From: Prorocentrum cordatum
Taxonomy: Eukaryota
Reading direction: 5' to 3'
Assembly (NCBI GenBank): GCA_963575745.1
Contig: CAUYUJ010000218.1
Span: forward strand, 1 to 64,000
Length of the DNA stretch: 64,000 nt
Part shown: positions 1 through 13,575 of the stretch, piece by piece
Position numbering within the stretch: position 1 is the first letter of the stretch
Layout: the number at the start of each line of letters is the position of its first letter
Translations under genes and position numbers: made by a program
The notes under the pieces: model-generated
Seen by the model: the letters and a program-made list of their open reading frames with translations, nothing else
Told to the model about the DNA's origin: nothing
Database searches by the model: none

Positions 1-1724
1 GGAGGCCGCAGGAGGTACCAGGAGGCCCCAGGAGGTTTCAGGACACCCCCAGGAGGCTCCGAGGCGGGGTCTGGGGTGCCAGAAGGTTCAGAAGGCCCAG
101 GAGGCCCCAGGAGGTTCCAGGAGGCCCCCAGGAGGCTCCGAGGCGGGGTCTGGGGCTCGATTTTGGAAGGATTTTTCAAGCGAAACCGCCATTCACTGAG
201 AATCGGGGTCACAATTATTGAAATTACCATGTGTTTTTGAAGGTTTTATGTTAACATGTTGAATTTCCCATGTGCTTTTGGACCCTGACGTCGCGATCTG
301 CGTGAGGGGTGCCACCGATTTTCAGAATTTCGAGGATGTCCCGAGCGAAACGCCCAGAAAAATCGCGGACGCGTGCGCATTAATCGCCTCTGAGCTCTAC
401 TCCCTCGGAGAGGTGCGTATGAGGATATATTCATATACACAAGACTGCGTTGGCGCTTCACGCCATGTACCTTGGTCCTTGAGGCTTTGCATATGTTGGT
501 CGTTTGCGCCATCCTTAGTGGCCTTGGAAATGTGGCCCCTTCCCTGCGATGGTTTTCGGAAGTCTTCGAAAGCTCGGGAGGTCCCTGGGCCTTCCTGGGC
601 CTCCGGGGGCTCCCGAAAGCGCCGGGTGGAGGGCGAAGGATATGAGGGAGGGAATTTCGCGTTGCGAGGAGAGAGAAGCGGATGTGGGGGAGGACGAGTG
701 GTGGAGCGGCAGAAAGAGGAGGAGGAGGAGGACCCAGAGGAGGAGGACCCAGAGGAGGAGCAGGAGGAGGGAAAGAGATGGCGCCGTCGGGGGGGTTCAT
801 GTGTACGTACACGCTTGCAGAAATATCTGGCCGTGAATGACGACAAAGGCTTTCGTAGGCCCGCACACTGGCCGGCTCGTGGCTCAAGTGCCCCGGTGCG
901 CAATGCGAAGGAATGGCGGGTCGCAACGGGGCACGCGAAAATAAGCAATTATTGGGGAATGCACCGAATCCCGGGTTCGCAACAGATTTCCAGGAAATGT
1001 GGTTGCGAACCCGGGATTCGGGTCAGTTTGGTGGAACACGCCGTGTGGGCCTTGTTGGAGCCCTGGTGGGCCGGCTCGGGGCCCTCTCGAGCCGTCATGG
1101 GACCATCTTGGGCCGTGCTGGGGAGCTTGGGCCCTCTAGGGACCTTACGGGGGCTACGTGGGCCCTCCTGGTGGCCTCCCGGGGGCCTCCCATGGCCTTC
1201 TTTGGCTTTTCTTGGGGGCCTTGTGAGCCTGTTGCGTTTCTTTCTGGCCCATTTGGGGCTTCTTTGGACAGTCTTGGGGCGATCCATGCTAAGGCCCGAA
1301 GTCTTCTGGAAATGCACGTTTCCCCAAGGGACTGAACCGATTTCTGCGTTCTCGGAGTCCTGTCGAGGGCCTCCTGGGCCGTCTTGAAGGCCTCCGGAGC
1401 CCATCTGGTCCTTCTTGGAGCGCTCTTGTGCTGTCATCGGTCTCTCTTCGGCCTCTCTGATCACCGCTCTGATCGCTCGGGGTCTGCTGGCAAGACCCGG
1501 CCAAGCGCCCTAGGAGGTCCGGGACGAGCCGAGGGACCTTCGGCAACGATGTCTGGGGGGCCTGGAAGCCCAGATCCTGGGGGTCCGGTTTCAGAGGGGT
1601 GGTCCACTCCCCTGGCATGCAAAAATTTACGACGAGGAACATGTGTGTAATTAAAAAACATGACTCGTCTCGCAAACCTACATTTCAAGCATTGGCAATC
1701 AACAATTCGCAGATGAAAACTATA

Positions 1725-3983
1725 CCAGGTTCAGGTTCCACAAGAAACCCACGCAGCCGTTCGTTGCCCGCCGCGGGGCCTGGATCGGACCTGGTCCGAG
1801 TGCGCCCTCGCCCCTCCTCCCCTCTCCCCCTCTCCCCTCTTCTCTCCCCTCCTCCCCCCTCTCTTCTCCTCCCTCCCCCTTCTCCCCTCCCTCCCTCCGC
1901 GCGCGCACTATCCGTGCGGACGACCACCTTTGCATAAGTAGCCAGGGCCAGCCGCATCCAGTTCATATACCGCGGAATCCATCCGCGGTATCGGGCGGGC
2001 AATGCTGAGAGGGGGGTCGCCGCCTCCATGTAGGAACGGGCCCTCCCTGGACCTCCCAGCCCCCCCCCCCTCCCGAAGCCGCCCAAAAACCATCGAGAAC
2101 CACCTCGATCATCGACACTCCCTCCCCCTTGATCTTCGATCTGCAGGGGCCCCCCAGACTCCCGAGGGCCGCCCACAAACCATCCAGAACTGCCTCGATC
2201 ATCGATCCTCCCTCCTCCTCGATCTTCGATCTGCAGGAGGAGCCCCCCCCCAGACTCCCGAGGGCCGCCCAAAAAAACATCCAGAACCGCCTCGATCATC
2301 GAGCCCTCTCCATCCCCTGTCGATCTCAGATCCTTCTCGATCCTCGATTCTCCTCGCCGATCTTGGATCATTCTCGATCTTGGATCCTCCCCGTCGATCA
2401 CCGATCCTCCTCTATCCTCGTTGTTATCGATCCTCCTCCCTCCTCGTCGATCTTAAAAATCCGCCGACCCTGTCGGCGTGTAGACCCCCTGTCGGCGTGC
2501 GCTCAGTCGGCGCATCCGTTGTCCTCTTTCTCTGCGTCTCCCTTGCCCCTTCCCGTTGATCCCTCCCCCGCCGAGGGGGGGCGCGGTCCCGGGGGGAGGT
2601 CCCCGGGGGGGGGGAGGGGGGGGGCAGATACGCATCCGCCCCTGGGCGTCCCAGAGCCCAAAAAAGCGCCAAGACGCGCCAAAAGGGCCCCAAGCAGGCC
2701 CAAGAAGAGGACCACGAACCGGCATTTTGAGCTTCCCGCTCCAAGAAGCCCCCGGAAGGCCCCAAGAGCCCCTCAAGGGGCCCGAAGAGGCCCCCAAGAG
2801 GCCCAACAGAGGCCCCAACAGGCCCGAAAACATCCAAGAGGCCTTTCAACCACAACCCCAGCACAGCGGCGGGAAGGGCCGCAGGCCACAAGGCTCCCTG
2901 CCTGACAAGGCTCCCTGCCTGTCTCTGCTACGACTCCCTCGGCCCGCATGGGGAACATCTCCTTCGCCTTCTCCTGCTCCCTTCCACATTAATCCCCCTC
3001 CTCCTCCCCCTCCTCCTCCTCCTCCTCCTCCTCCTCCTCCTCCTGCTCCTCTCCCTCCTCCTCCGCCTCCTCCTCCTCCTCCTCTCCTCCTCCTCCTCCT
3101 CCTCCTCCTCCTCCTCCTCCCCCTCCATCCTCCTCCTCCTCCTTCCTCCCCTCCTCCTCCTCCTCCTCCTCCTCTTCCCCTCGTCCTCCCCCTCCGCCCC
3201 TCCTCCTCCTCGTATTCGTCGTCGCGTCTTCAGGGTCGGCGGCACCGGCCGTGAGGCCTTAGCAGTCTGCAGCAGGAGCGGGCGGCCCCCCACCCACCCC
3301 ACTGGTGGCCCCCTTTAGGAGGATCTAGAACCTCCAAAGTTTGGAGGCTCCACTTCCCTCTTGGAAGCTATTTTCTCTCATCCGCTCCAGGACCCAGACC
3401 CCCTCGAGTCACTAAAAAATGACGACGGGATTTTTGTTCGCTCTCTTCTGCCTCTGGGGGCCCTTTCCGGGCCTCGGGACCGTCAAAAAGCGACTCAGGA
3501 TGAAAAACCAGTCCTGCGGAATGGGTCGAGACTTCTGGGGGTCGACGTTTCGAAAAAACCATGACGTCGGGGGGACCTGAATCGCATACGGTCTGTGAGG
3601 TTAAACTCCCAAACAGGGGAGTTTGATCCACCCAAACTGGAGGTTCGACTTCCGAAAGGGAAATCTTCGATCCCCTGGGCCCCTTGGCACTGCCCGCGGA
3701 TCTTGGGGTCCCGGGCGCCCCGGGCCTTTGCCACGGGGGGCGACCGGGACCGGGCGCTGCGTGGCCGTTCTCGGGCCTCGAAGTGGGCACCCAAGCGCGC
3801 CGGGGCCGGTCGGCAGGCCCGAGGGCCACCGAGTGCCCAGGAACAGTCAAGCAGACACGGCACGAGGAGGAGCACGAGGAGCATTATGGGTTCGCGGCTG
3901 CTGAGCAGCGTCCACGAATCTCTACCTCTACACTCCCCATGCGCAGTGTTTGCACCCAGGGGGCTCGCATTCGGTTGCTCCAT
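1725..3983 (-). CDS. Putative multi-exon gene of unknown function (candidate exons ~3983/3884-3777, ~2938-2903, ~2047-1929, ~1790-1726)
   Basis: Lies downstream of the relict SL. The first candidate exon has a signal-peptide-like MLLVLLLVPCLLDCSWA and a GAG|GC donor. Other non-repetitive islands have AG and GT/GC borders, but their frames are ambiguous. Confidence 0.25.
3440..3585 (+). repeat. Interspersed repeat (second copy ~59420-59560)
   Basis: Shared GGGCCTCGGGACCGTCAAAAA.CGACTCAGGATG.AAAACC. Confidence 0.8.
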
Positions 3984-4186
3984 GCTTGAACGGGTCGGCC
4001 GAGGATTCTCAGCGTGGCTGCCCCGTGCCGCCTCGCGGGCGCTCGTGGGCGCCCCGTGCGCTGGGGTGGGTCCGCCGAGGCTGCGAAAAACGCTGCCGCC
4101 CGTGCCGCCTCGTGGGCGCCCCGTGCGCGCTGCTTACGCACAGCACAGCTAGCACCGTGTATAGCTTGCACACGACACAGCTCAGA

Positions 4187-4202
4187 CTTGAACCACATGG
4201 CT
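4187..4202 (-). promoter_or_regulatory. Relict spliced leader
   Basis: Minus strand AGCCATGTGGTTCAAG versus AGCCATTTTGGCTCAAG (one gap, two mismatches). Confidence 0.5.
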
Positions 4203-5699
4203 CACACCGCATACCGTTCACCTCCAGCTCACACCAAATAGACTACACGACATAGCCTGCACCGTATGCCGATTCATATATTTTTATTACCTGGGGACCC
4301 CCCCCCGAAATCGGACCCCCCGAATCCTGGGCCCCGGGACCCTCTGGAACCCGCCGGATCCGTGACCCCAGGGACCCCCTGGACGCCCCTGCAGGAGGCC
4401 CCCCAGGCGCTCCTTAGCTCCTGGAAGCCCTTGCTGGGCCTAGGCAACGGGCCCAAATCGGTCAGGTGGGCGGCCGAACGCACCCCCGAGGGCCCCAAGA
4501 GGCCCCAGACATTCACCAGACGCCCGAAGACGACCCAAAGAAGACCCCGAAGAGGCTCCCAAAACGTAGGGAAACATTGATTTCTAAAGTTTTTTGCATG
4601 ATTTTGGGAATGCCCTGTTCCTTGGTCTTCTGGGCGTCCGAGAGCCAAAGATGGCCCCAAGACACCTTCAAAAGCACTCGAAATCCTGACCCAGTCGTTC
4701 AGGGACACTGCGGTTGGAGGTAGGGTGGCCCGAGGAAGCCCCCAGAGGCCCCCGGAAGACGCCCAGGAGGCCTCCAGAAAGCCTCAAGAAAGCCTGAACA
4801 ACTTCCGCGAGGCCCCAAGAGGCTCTCCAAGGAGGAGCTTCCGTAAAAAGAGCTGAGGCGAATGGGGAACAATTCGCAGGGTAGGGCGAGAATGAAGAAA
4901 AAGAAACATGGAGGAAGAAAACGAATAACATTACTATAACGGCGATGCCGGAAAAGGCAACAAGGAGTTATCGCTAAATTGTCTGTTTGACCTTCCTGCC
5001 ATTCCGCCTGCATGCCAGTCTCCAAGGACCAAGGTGCATTGCGCGAAGCGGCGACACAGTCTTTTTTTGGCAACTCCTCCGAACCTCGAAGGCAAGGCCC
5101 TTTTTGGAACGCCCGATGTGTGCGATTATGTATACCGGAGTTTTCGAAAAACGCCCAAGTACAACGCCTAGAAGTTGGCGCAAGAGCGTCCCCCGCGCCC
5201 CCAAATTTCAATGTTCATCTAAGAGAGCAGGCAGCGGTTTGCAAATGTGGGCGATTTTTTCGGAACGACTCGCACTCCCCCGCGTCGACCGCCCCGAACT
5301 TTGGAATTGGGGCCGGGGGATTGGACCCGCTTCAACACGTATTCGATATGGGCGTTGCTTTTCGAAAACCACGGTAGTGCACTCCGATCAGGCTGCACGA
5401 GAGCTGCACGCTTCATAATCACGGCGCGCCGCAGGCGCACGCGCGCGTCCTTCCGCCGCCCTTCCGCCGCGGAAGAGATGGCAACTCCTCCGATACTCGA
5501 AGGCAAGGCCCTTTTCGGAACGCCCCAGATGTGCGATTAGGTATAGTGCACTACGATCAAGCTGCACGCGTGCTGCACGTTTCGTCATCACGACTCGCCG
5601 CTAAGCGCACGCGCGCGCAAGCGGAACTCGAGCGCGCCACCGACGAGGGGGACCCGACTCGGGGCACGGAGCCCGAGACTGCACGAGGGCCGCGGGACG

Positions 5700-5761
<62 letters not shown>

Positions 5762-6199
5762 GTGATGAGGAGGAGGAGGAGGGGGAGGAGGAGGAGGAGG
5801 GCAGGAGAGGAGGAGGAGGAGGAGGTATGGAGGAGGAGGAGGAGAAGGAGGAGAAGAGGAGAGGAGAGAGGGAGGAGGAAGAGGATGAGGAGGAGGGTAT
5901 GGAGGAGGAGGAGGAGGAGGAGGAGGAGGAGGAGGAGGAGGAGGAGCATCAAGGGTCGAGGGCCGAAATGTCTGGACGTGTGCTGCTGGTCTTTTGCCTT
6001 TTGGGCGCCTCTGGCTGGCCCTGGGGGCTCCCGGAGACCTCTCGAGGCACCCCAAGGAGGACCAGAGCAAGCCGAGCGGTAAAAGGCCAGGGGATGTCGA
6101 CTGCATTTGGGCGCGCCGGCCTGGACCTCCGACGTCGTGATCTGCTCGGCCCGTGCGCCCCAGAGCTCTCGACCCTTCCCAGGGGCCAGCGTCTCGCCT

Positions 6200-6365
6200 C
6201 GATCGGGGATCTTCTGACCCGTGTCAATCCAGACCCAGGTCAGTCAGGCCTTGCAGGATCCTGCAAGATCCTGCAAGATCATGCACCCAAACCCGGGTCA
6301 ACGCACCCCTGGACTGGCAGGATCCTGCAAGATCTGGCGCTCTGACTGACCCCCGTCTGCATTGG
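6200..6365 (+). repeat. GGATCCTGCAAGATC repeat element (second copy ~42660-42890)
   Basis: Shared GCAGGATCCTGCAAGATCTGGCGCTCTGAC.GACCCCCG. Confidence 0.75.
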
Positions 6366-7124
6366 CCCCCGTCTCTTGCGTCTCGCCTCGAGAAGTGGTC
6401 CGAAGGTCCCGGGGCGCGAAAACGACCCTCGGAGGCCAAGCTCGAGAAAAAAACGCCAGGGTTTGGAATACCACTGTCGCTGGGGCCAGCGTCTCGCCTC
6501 GAGAAGTTGCCCGAAGGTCCCGGGGACCGGAACAGACCCTTGGATGCCAAGGTGGGGGAAACATAACGCCAGGGTTGAGAGGACCACGGCGTCGGAAGTC
6601 TGGGGGAGGGGAGGATCTGCCTGATTGTCCAAGGGCACCCATGGGCGCTTCGGACGGCCACCCCGCCACGGACCCAGCGCCGGGTTGCATCTCTTCAAAC
6701 GCTTCAAATCGCGTTCAGCAGCATGCTGCAAGCAGCTCGCGATGTACGCCAGTCTTGCGCCAAGCAGGTCATGCTGTGTCGGCAACGGACGCGCGCGCGG
6801 CGCCACTGCGGCCACAGCGGACCCGAAGGCGCTACGGGGGCCTCCTGCATTGCGAGGCAGTGTCCAGGTCCTATCTCCGTCTCGGGATGAGCTCCTGCCT
6901 CCACCTGCCCTGCTGCTCCTCCTCCTCCTCCTCCTCCTCCTCCTCCTCCTCCTCCTCCTCCTCCTCCACCTCATCCTCATCCTCCATCTCCTCCTCCTCC
7001 TCCTCCTCCTCCTCCTCCATCTCCTTCTCCTCCTCCTCCTCCTCCTTCTCCTCCTCCTCCTCCTGCTGCATCCTTCTTCCACATCAACAACTCCTCCTCG
7101 TCGCACCTCCAGACGTGTCAGTAG

Positions 7125-8690
7125 GGCGGGCCGGGCGTTTCGCCTGGGACCCCTCAACTTCTATGATCCTGAACCTTGAAATTCGCAGCAGGCTCAAGGA
7201 TGGAGGGCAGGTCCCTTTTCAAAATGTGACTCCCGCCTTAGCGTCACGCGCATTAGTCTTCAAAATTTGCATTAGTTTCAAGGATAGAGAGCGGCAGATG
7301 TTCAAAATGTGGCTCTCGCATTAGCGCCGCGCACTCTCGTCTTAAAATATGTAACAGCTTCAGGGACGGAGGGCGGGCCCTTTTCAAAATGCGGCCCTCG
7401 TTTTAGAGTCACGCACATTCGTCGTCAAAACTTGCATTAGTTTCGGCGTTCTGGCACGCTTTCTGGGATTGCCAGGGGGCGGCAGTCCCCTTTATTCACG
7501 GTGCTGAAGTCCCGGGAGCTTCGCCCTGGTACGACAGAAGGCTCCCAAAAGGTGGTCTTTCAACGGGGCACTTCCGGCAATGTAGGGATCCATGAAGAGG
7601 GAACTCGGACGAAGGGTTTATTGCAACACCGTTGACGCGTCTTGGGCTTATACTGGTCCCGCTCCTCCTCCTCCTCCTCCTCCTCCTCCTCCTCCTCCTC
7701 CTCCTCCTCCTCCCCTCCTGCCCCGATGACGCCCTGCCTCCCTCCCCACGCACCAGAGGAGGCTTCCCTCTCCCTCTCCCCTCCTCCCGCCCGGCACTCC
7801 CTCCGACGGGGGGTGCCCGCTCCAAGGCGCGCGTGCGTTCCGAGAACCCACAAACGGTGCGGCCCCTGCGTCGAAAAACAGCATAAGCACAACCTCTCGG
7901 AGGTCCTCGCGGACTCGTTGGACCGGCGCTGGACCCCCTGGCGCGCTCCACGCCCAAGGGAGGGGGGTCCAGCGCCGACCCATGAAATCCGCGCTGACCT
8001 CCGAAAGTCTATGCGTATACACTTGTTTCTTATTCGATCCTCCTCCTCCTCCTCCTCCTCCTCCTCCTCCTCCTCCTCCTCCTCCTCCTCCCCAGACCTC
8101 TGGCGGCTAGAGATAGCTTGCGCCGACGGTCCTCCGCAGCTTTCCGCATCCAGGGGCGACCGTTTTCGGAGCCCCAGGGCCGTAAAGAGCTGCTCAGGAT
8201 GAAATCTGGCCCCGGGGGAAAGGGGTGAGAAATCCGGGGGCTGGCGACTCCAAAATTATCGAGCCGTCAGAACTCTGGGTCCTCCTCCTCCTCTTCCTCC
8301 TTCTCCATTCCCTTTCCTTATAAATAACTTCTCCCTGTCGCACCCGAGGCCCGTTTTTAAGGTGGGCCGGGCGTTTCGCCTGAGACTTCCTCACCATGTA
8401 TAACTCTGAAGCTTAAAAGGTGTCAACAATTTCACAGATGGAGGGCGGGTGGTTTTCAAAATGTGGCTCTCGCCTTAGCGCGGCGCACACTCGTTTTTTT
8501 TCTTTTCAAATCTGCAAAATCTGCAAGAATTTGACGGACTGAGGGCGGATCGTTTTCAAAATGTGGCTCTCGCCTAAGCGCGGCGCACATTCGCTTTTTG
8601 GTATAAAAAACTCATAAGCTGAACGGATTGAGGGCGAATTGTTTTCAAAATGTGGCTCTCGCATTAGCACGGCGCACATTCGTTTAACAC
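7125..8690 (+). repeat. Two copies (7125-7445, 8360-8690) of an element with internal TTTTCAAAATGTGGCTCTCG repeats
   Basis: Both start GGGCCGGGCGTTTCGCCTG and repeat the core motif. Confidence 0.75.
7893..8008. mobile_element. MITE family A copy (degenerate)
   Basis: TCGGAGGTCC...GACCTCCGA ends. Confidence 0.55.
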
Positions 8691-10282
8691 GTTCATGAGT
8701 TTCAGAAATTCCTATCATCAACGTGCCAGAAATGGCGTTTTTGGAAGAAATCAAAAGTATGCGGGTGCAGGAGTTCCGTTGGTTCTCTGTGTTGAAATCC
8801 TAGGAATGGCGTTATGGTACGATTCGGGATCGCCAAGACGCAACAGTCAGGTTGATCCGTGGCGCTGGAATCCCGAGAACACTGTTTGGCATGCTTCAGA
8901 GTCTTAAAACGGGTGTCTCCCAACGAGGCAGTACTATGTTCCATCAATGGAAATGAACCGTTGTAGGGGCCTATGGGGAGCTTGGAGGGAGCGTTTACTC
9001 CAACATCGTTGATAACTCTTTGGTTTACACTGGTCCTCCTCCTCCTCCTCCTCATTCTCCTCCTCCTCCTCCTCCTCCTCCTCCTCCTCCTGCTCCCTCT
9101 CCTCCCCTCCTCCTCCTCCTCCTCCTCCTTCTCTTCCTCCTCCTCCTCCTCCTCCTCCTCCTCCTCGTCCTCCTCCTCCTCCTCCTCCTCCTCCCTCCTC
9201 CTCCTCCCCCTCCTCGGGAGCAGGGCAGATCCACCAGGGCAGGGCCGCAGCACGGCCAAAGCCTCAACAGGCAGAGTGCGGGGCAAGGGATACAGGGCCC
9301 CTGGGTCGCCCCAGCGGAGACCGCTGCAGCGGCATTCGGCCAACGACTCCAGGACCCATGTCGGAGGAGGGAGGAGGGAGGAGGGAGGAGGAGGAGGAGG
9401 AGGAGGAGAGAGAGTGGAGGAGGAGGAGGAAGGAGGAGGATGAGGAGGGGAAGGAGGACGAGGAGGGAGGAGGAGGAGGGAGGGGGGGATGGGGGAGGGG
9501 GGGAGGATTGGTGGAGGTAGGAGGAAGGTGGGGGAGGGGAGGGGGAAGGAGGGGGGGGGGGGGAAGGAGGAGGGGGGGGAAGGAGGGGAGGAGGCGGGAG
9601 GAGGTAGGAAGGAGGAGGAGGACGGAGGAGGAAGGAGAGGAGGAGTGAGGAGGAGTGGAGGAGGAGTTGAGGAGGTGGAGGAGGAGGAAGGAGGAGGAGA
9701 GATTGGAGGAGAAGGAGGAAGGAGGGGAGGGAGGAGGTAGGAGGGTGAGGAGGAGGAGGGGCCGGACGTAGGAGGAGCAAGGAGCAGCAGGAAGTAGGGG
9801 ATAGGAGTTAGATGAAGCAAGGAGGAGGAGGCGGAGGAGGGAAGAGGAAGGAGGAGGAGGAAGGTAGGAGGAGTGAGGAGGGAGGAGGGGAGGAGGGAGG
9901 AGGAGGAGGAGGAGGAGGAGGAGGAGGAGGAGGAGGTGGAGGGAGGAGGAGGAGGAAGGAGGAGGAGGAAGGAGGAGGAGGATAATGGAGGAAGGAGAAT
10001 GGTGGAGGAGGAGGAGGAGAGGATGAGAGGAGCTGGAGGGGGGAAGAAGGCCTCATCCGCTCAAAAATTCGGTCCCCGGACACCCTCCTCCACTTGTCCA
10101 CAGCACCCAAAGGTCTTCGGAGCTGAGCCCAGCCTAGCAGCTGGTACGACGGGGCCCCCGCCGAAGCCCAGATGCGTGTGCTCAAGCGCCCTACTTGACT
10201 ATGGCCGTGGATTGGGCGATTTTGATCGAGAGGCCAGGGCGCAGGGGTGACTATAGGGGAACAAGCAATGGCATAAGCAAAC

Positions 10283-10421
10283 AACCTCGGAGGTCCGCGC
10301 GGATTCTCGGATCGGCGCTCGACACCCCCTCCCCGGCGCGCGGAGCGCGCCAGGGGCGGCGCCGGAAGCGCCGCCAGAGGGGCCAGCGCGGATCCGAGAA
10401 GTCCGCGTGGACCTCCGAGTT
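10283..10421. mobile_element. MITE family A copy
   Basis: AACCTCGGAGGTCCGCGCGGATTCTCGGATC...GATCCGAGAAGTCCGCGTGGACCTCCGAGTT inverted ends. Confidence 0.7.
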
Positions 10422-10919
10422 CTTAACTGTTTGTGTCAGTGTTCGTTCCCCTAGGATTGGGCAAGAGGCCAGGGCGCAGGGGTGACCACGAGATGGGCTG
10501 CTGCATCCCCGCCGCAGGGCTCTGGCTGTCAGCGAGCGGCGCCGCGCCGCTCCGTGCCCCGCGGGGCAGGAGGCTTACGCGGGCGCTGGCGGGCAGGCGG
10601 CCACCGGGCGAGGAGCTCCGTGCCGCGCGGGCACCCCGTGGCGCCTCACGCGGGCCCCGCGTCCACGGCGTCGCCGGCGGCCTGCGCGGGGGCGGCAACG
10701 CGCAGCCGTGACTTCGGATCCGCCGCTGTACTCTGGTGGCCTTTCCGACTCAGAGGTGTGCTGGACATGCGCCCCAAACGATGCGGACGGGCAGGGCGGA
10801 ACTTTCCACCCCAGAGGAGCGGGGCGGGCAGTTCCGCACGGGCCTGGCAAAAACAGCGACGGCAGAGAAGGGCGGGGGTCGGCAGTCAAGGAGCTCGAAA
10901 AGTAGGGCGGAGATTGTCA

Positions 10920-11105
10920 CCCCACAGTGGGGCCCGACAGCAAGAAACCTTCCACAAGACACCTAACCCTGAGACCCAAGGACGTCCATGGATTTTTGGT
11001 GTGGGAACGGCACACTCTCCATCGCAAAACCATCAAAACCCAAGAAACCCAGGGGGCACCCTGGAGGCAAGCAGGGTGTTTCTTGGCATGGGTCTCCACT
11101 GCACT
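10920..11105 (+). repeat. Interspersed repeat (second copy ~35985-36160)
   Basis: Shared GGGCACCCTGGAGGCAAGCAGG.TGTTTCTTGGCATGGGTCTCCACTG. Confidence 0.8.
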
Positions 11106-11344
11106 TGCGAAATCACCCCGAAAAGCACAGCGGATCCAGGTCAGGGAGGAGCGGCCATGCGGGCAAGAAGTGGCCTCTGGCGCGCGGCGTGCAGATCCGC
11201 GGCGTGCGACGCGGGCCGGAGCGGCCTGCCTGCCTGGGGTTTGCCCCCCCCCCCGCGCGCCCGCCCCCCCCCCCCCCACAAATCGGTTCCTCCTCCTCCT
11301 CCTCCTCCTCCTCCTTCTCCTCCTCCGCCTCCTCCTACTCCTAC

Positions 11345-13575
11345 TCCTACTCCTATCCTTATTCCTTATTAGAATATACTCCTACTCCCCCCTCAGGCCG
11401 GCAGATAGGGGCCACATCCGGGTGGTCCCATCCTAACATGTAAAAAACAATACAAAATCAACATGTTTCTTATTTTTTCCTCTCGACATGGACGTCCTGT
11501 CGTCCACGGCGATAATCCATTGCAGAAAATACCACAAAGAGCGCACGCGCGCGTTCATGTCAGAATCCTACCGAACACCGTGTGTTTGCAAGCATTTCAA
11601 CATAAAAACATCAAAAACCCAATGTTTTTTTTCACAAAAAATCTACAAATTTCCTGCCCGGGCTCTCTTGCTGAAATCATAGGAAAACCATGGGAATCTT
11701 AAGAATTCGGTCAAATCCAGCGAATTCAAGTCATCGCGCGGTGCACTCGCGATGCTCTGTCATGCACCCAGGCCGCGAATCCTGTGCAACAAATACCACG
11801 CGGGCGACATGCGCGCGCGTCGCCGCGAGCGCATGCTCAAATCCTTCTAGAGTCGTCGCCGTCATTGGCACCGTCGCATGGACGTCCTGTCGTCCACGTC
11901 GCAAAATGCATGGCAGGAATGGGACGCGGCGCACACCCCGCGCCCGCCCATCCAATCCGTCCCATTCTAATCTGCAAAAGACAATACACAGTTTTTGTTT
12001 CTCTGTCATATCGTACTGCTGTCACAATAAAAACTGTGCTAGTGTACGCGCGTACACCCCGCGCGCTACTTGACTGTTACTACTACTACTACCACTACCA
12101 CTACCAACACCACTACCACTGGTACTACTACTCCTGCCTCTTGGGGCCTCCTGGGCCCCCTTGGGGTGTCCTGTCAGACCGTCGGGCTTCCTCCGGCCAC
12201 CTCTGGCTTCCTGCGGTGTACCGGGCCATTCTCGACTCGTCTGGCAATGCGTGCGCGGCATTCAACACGCGCTCGCCAGTTCCCGTCGGCAACCGCCATC
12301 GCGGCCGCATCAGCTGTACCAAACCGGCTGGCCGGTGTGACTTCGGCCCCCAGTTGTGCCAGCTTTGCTTCTTACGTTGTGGGAGGGCGGGTGGGACTGG
12401 GCATGCCATGCTTGACTCGCTCGAGCTGGCTAGCTTGACTCCTATCCTTATTCCTTATTATTAGAATATACTCCTACTCCCCCCTCAGGCCGGCCGATAG
12501 GGGCCGCATCCGGGTGGTCCCATCCTAACCTGTAAAAAACAATACAAAATCAACATTTTTCTTATTTTTTTCCTCTCGACATGGACGTCCTGTCGTCCAC
12601 GGCGATAATCCATTGCAAAAAATACCACAAAGAGCACACGCGCGCGTTCATGTCAGAATCCTACCGAACACCGTGTGTTTGCAAGCATTTCAACATAAAA
12701 ACATCAAAAACCCAATGCTTTTTTTCACAAAAAATCTACAAATTTCCTGCCCGGGCTCTCTTGCTGAAATCATAGGAAAACCATAGGAATCTTAAGAATT
12801 CGGTCAAATCCAGCGATTTCACGTCATCGCGCGGTGCACTCGCGATGCTCTGTCATGCACCCAGGCCGCGAATCCTGTGCAAAAAATACCACGCGGGCGA
12901 CATGCGCGCGCGTCGCCGCGAGCGCATGCTCAAATCCTTCTAGAGTCGTCGCCGTCATTGGCACCGTCGCATGGACGTCCTGTCGTCCACGTCGCAAAAT
13001 GCATAGCAGGAATGGGACGCGGCGCACACCCCGCGCCCGCCCATCCAATCCGTCCCATTCTAATCTGCAAAAGACAATACACAGTTTTTGTTTTTCTTGT
13101 CAACATGGTCGTGCTGTCGTCACGTCGCAAAATGCGTGGCAGGAATGGGACGCGGCGCACACCCCGCGCGAAGGGGTGACATGTCGCTCTCGCCTCGGCG
13201 CCGCGCACCAACGTTTTTCCTCTCAGCATGGACGTCCTGTCGTCCACGTCGCAAAATGCTTGGCAGGAATGGGATGCGGCGCACACCCCGCGCCCGCCCA
13301 TCCAAACCCCCCCTTTATAAAAAAACAGTACAAGTTGGGGCCTGCGGTGTACCGGGCCATTCTCGACTCGTCTGGCAATGCGTGCGCGGCATTCAACACG
13401 CGCTCGCCAGTTCCCGTCGGCAACCGCCATCGCGGCCGCATCAGCTGTACCAAACCGGCTGGCCGGTGTGACTTCGGCCCCCAGTTGTGCCAGCTTTGCT
13501 TCTTATGTTGTGGGAGGGCGGGTGGGACTGGGCATGCCATGCTTGACTCGCTCGAGCTGGCTAGCTTGACTCCTA
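11345..13575 (+). repeat. Head-to-tail tandem duplication of a ~1.1-kb element (11345-12440 and 12440-13575)
   Basis: Near-identical blocks 11350-12000/12440-13095 and 12210-12440/13340-13570. Confidence 0.9.

Noticed and set aside
870..890. GGCTCAAG hits on the plus strand (also ~7191)
   Set aside because: Only the 8-nt core matches with no CCATTTT-like 5' part, which is expected by chance.
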